A DNA stretch of 64,000 nucleotides from a bacterium (GTDB lineage: Bacteria; Patescibacteriota; Minisyncoccia; Phycocordibacterales; UBA2100), in the NCBI GenBank assembly GCA_030674455.1, contig JAUSGQ010000044.1, positions 13,080 through 77,079 on the forward strand, given 5' to 3'. Of this stretch, positions 63,327 to 64,000 are shown piece by piece. The notes under the pieces were generated by a model, which saw nothing but the letters and a program-made list of their open reading frames with translations, did no database searches and was not told where the DNA came from. The position numbers and the translations under genes were made by a program. Each line of letters starts with the position of its first letter. Position 1 is the first letter of the stretch.

Positions 63327-63977
63327 TTATTTTGACCCTCCTCTCTTGGAGATATTGATGATATAGGTGTGTCCGCGATGAGTAAAGAATGCCGGATACC
63401 GCTCATTGTCAGCGACTCGCAACTGATTGAAAAGCTCCACTAAAGATTTGTTCGGGTCCAACTCGCTGTCTTTGGGTGTTCGCTTCGGGTAGAAGCTCTC
63501 ATCGCCCTTTTGCGGCGTGCCAACGACATCGGGATATCTGTCTGCAAACCATAGCGCAAGCTTGATAATAGCTTCCCCTTCCTTTTGCCGCATTTCATCA
63601 ATGAGTTCATGTCCCTCAAAAAGAATTGTCGCAGTCGCGTATACTTCTCCGGCATCAACTTCATCGGCCGCTTCAAATAGCGTGAGCGTAATTTCATTCT
63701 TTCCTTCCAAAACTTGCCAGCTAAGAGGAGACCATCCCTTGCCCTGCGGTAAGGCGCTCGCGTGTATAACGACGCTGTGCGTATTGCGATTCCGAAAGTC
63801 TTTTTTTATGAGATGTTCGCAACTGAGAAAGAAAACGATATCACCCTGCGGAATATCCTGCGGACTCAATACATTAACTACCTCGTGACCGCGTTCGCGC
63901 AACTGACGGGCGAGCTCCTGCCCATAGGGCACGGCCCAGCTTCCGGGATTGTCTATAAGTATCGATATTTTTGCCAT
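63327..63977 (-). CDS. formyltransferase (Fmt/PurN N-terminal-domain family); probable sugar N-formyltransferase
   Basis: 216 aa with ..HASALPQGKGWSPLSWQV.. N10-formyl-THF transferase motifs. Sits at the head of the glycan locus. Confidence 0.7.
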   Translation of the reverse strand: MAKISILIDNPGSWAVPYGQELARQLRERGHEVVNVLSPQDIPQGDIVFFLSCEHLIKKDFRNRNTHSVVIHASALPQGKGWSPLSWQVLEGKNEITLTLFEAADEVDAGEVYATATILFEGHELIDEMRQKEGEAIIKLALWFADRYPDVVGTPQKGDESFYPKRTPKDSELDPNKSLVELFNQLRVADNERYPAFFTHRGHTYIINISKRGGSK

Positions 63978-64000
63978 GATTGTTATTTGAAATTGTACGT

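Overview
This 64-kb window looks like a compact genome segment from an uncultivated bacterium. The small four-helix-bundle, PaaX-like, GIY-YIG and DUF5667-type genes fit a Patescibacteria/CPR-like organism but do not prove it. Most genes are on the minus strand.

Housekeeping genes: rpsF-ssb, tatD, a four-helix-bundle (IVS-type) protein, a DMT transporter, metG, perM, glyS, recO, ileS, argS, tmk, secE-nusG-rplK, kbl and tdh.

A plus-strand lysine-biosynthesis operon reads asd-lysC-dapB-dapA-dapL-lysA, which is the aminotransferase (DapL) route.

Other content: a relBE-type toxin/antitoxin pair; two paralogous OmpR-type two-component systems, one a MASE1-like hybrid kinase; an ECF sigma/anti-sigma pair; and several secreted/surface proteins with FN3, IPT/PKD and peptidoglycan-binding domains.

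From about 43.8 kb to the window end is a glycan locus. It carries two NeuB/NeuA (nonulosonic acid synthase / CMP-transferase) pairs, a formyltransferase, a class-III aminotransferase, three methyltransferases, SDR, AKR, a sugar-phosphate isomerase, GT2 and GT-C glycosyltransferases, a KpsS/KpsC-like transferase and an acyl-AMP ligase fusion. An AbiEi/AbiEii abortive-infection pair interrupts it.

The main find is a family of tiny inverted-repeat elements: a ~300-bp unit with 22-bp terminal inverted repeats and a 4-bp CATA/TATG target-site duplication, carrying only a 99-aa GIY-YIG (YhbQ-like) nuclease gene. Two gene-less derivatives in opposite orientation bracket asd-lysC. In all three copies the element end is fused to the ATG of a host gene.

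Other repeat families include: 30-bp direct repeats with a CTCACGGYCG core flanking two PaaX-like paralogs; a duplicated start-codon-spanning inverted-repeat module at metG and a cytidylyltransferase-cupin gene; AGGTTATAGG-type tandem motifs abutting the start codons of ribosomal/translation genes; and a GTCATTGCGAGC...GCGAAGCAATC palindromic 3'-end repeat family. No CRISPR array, rRNA or tRNA was detected.
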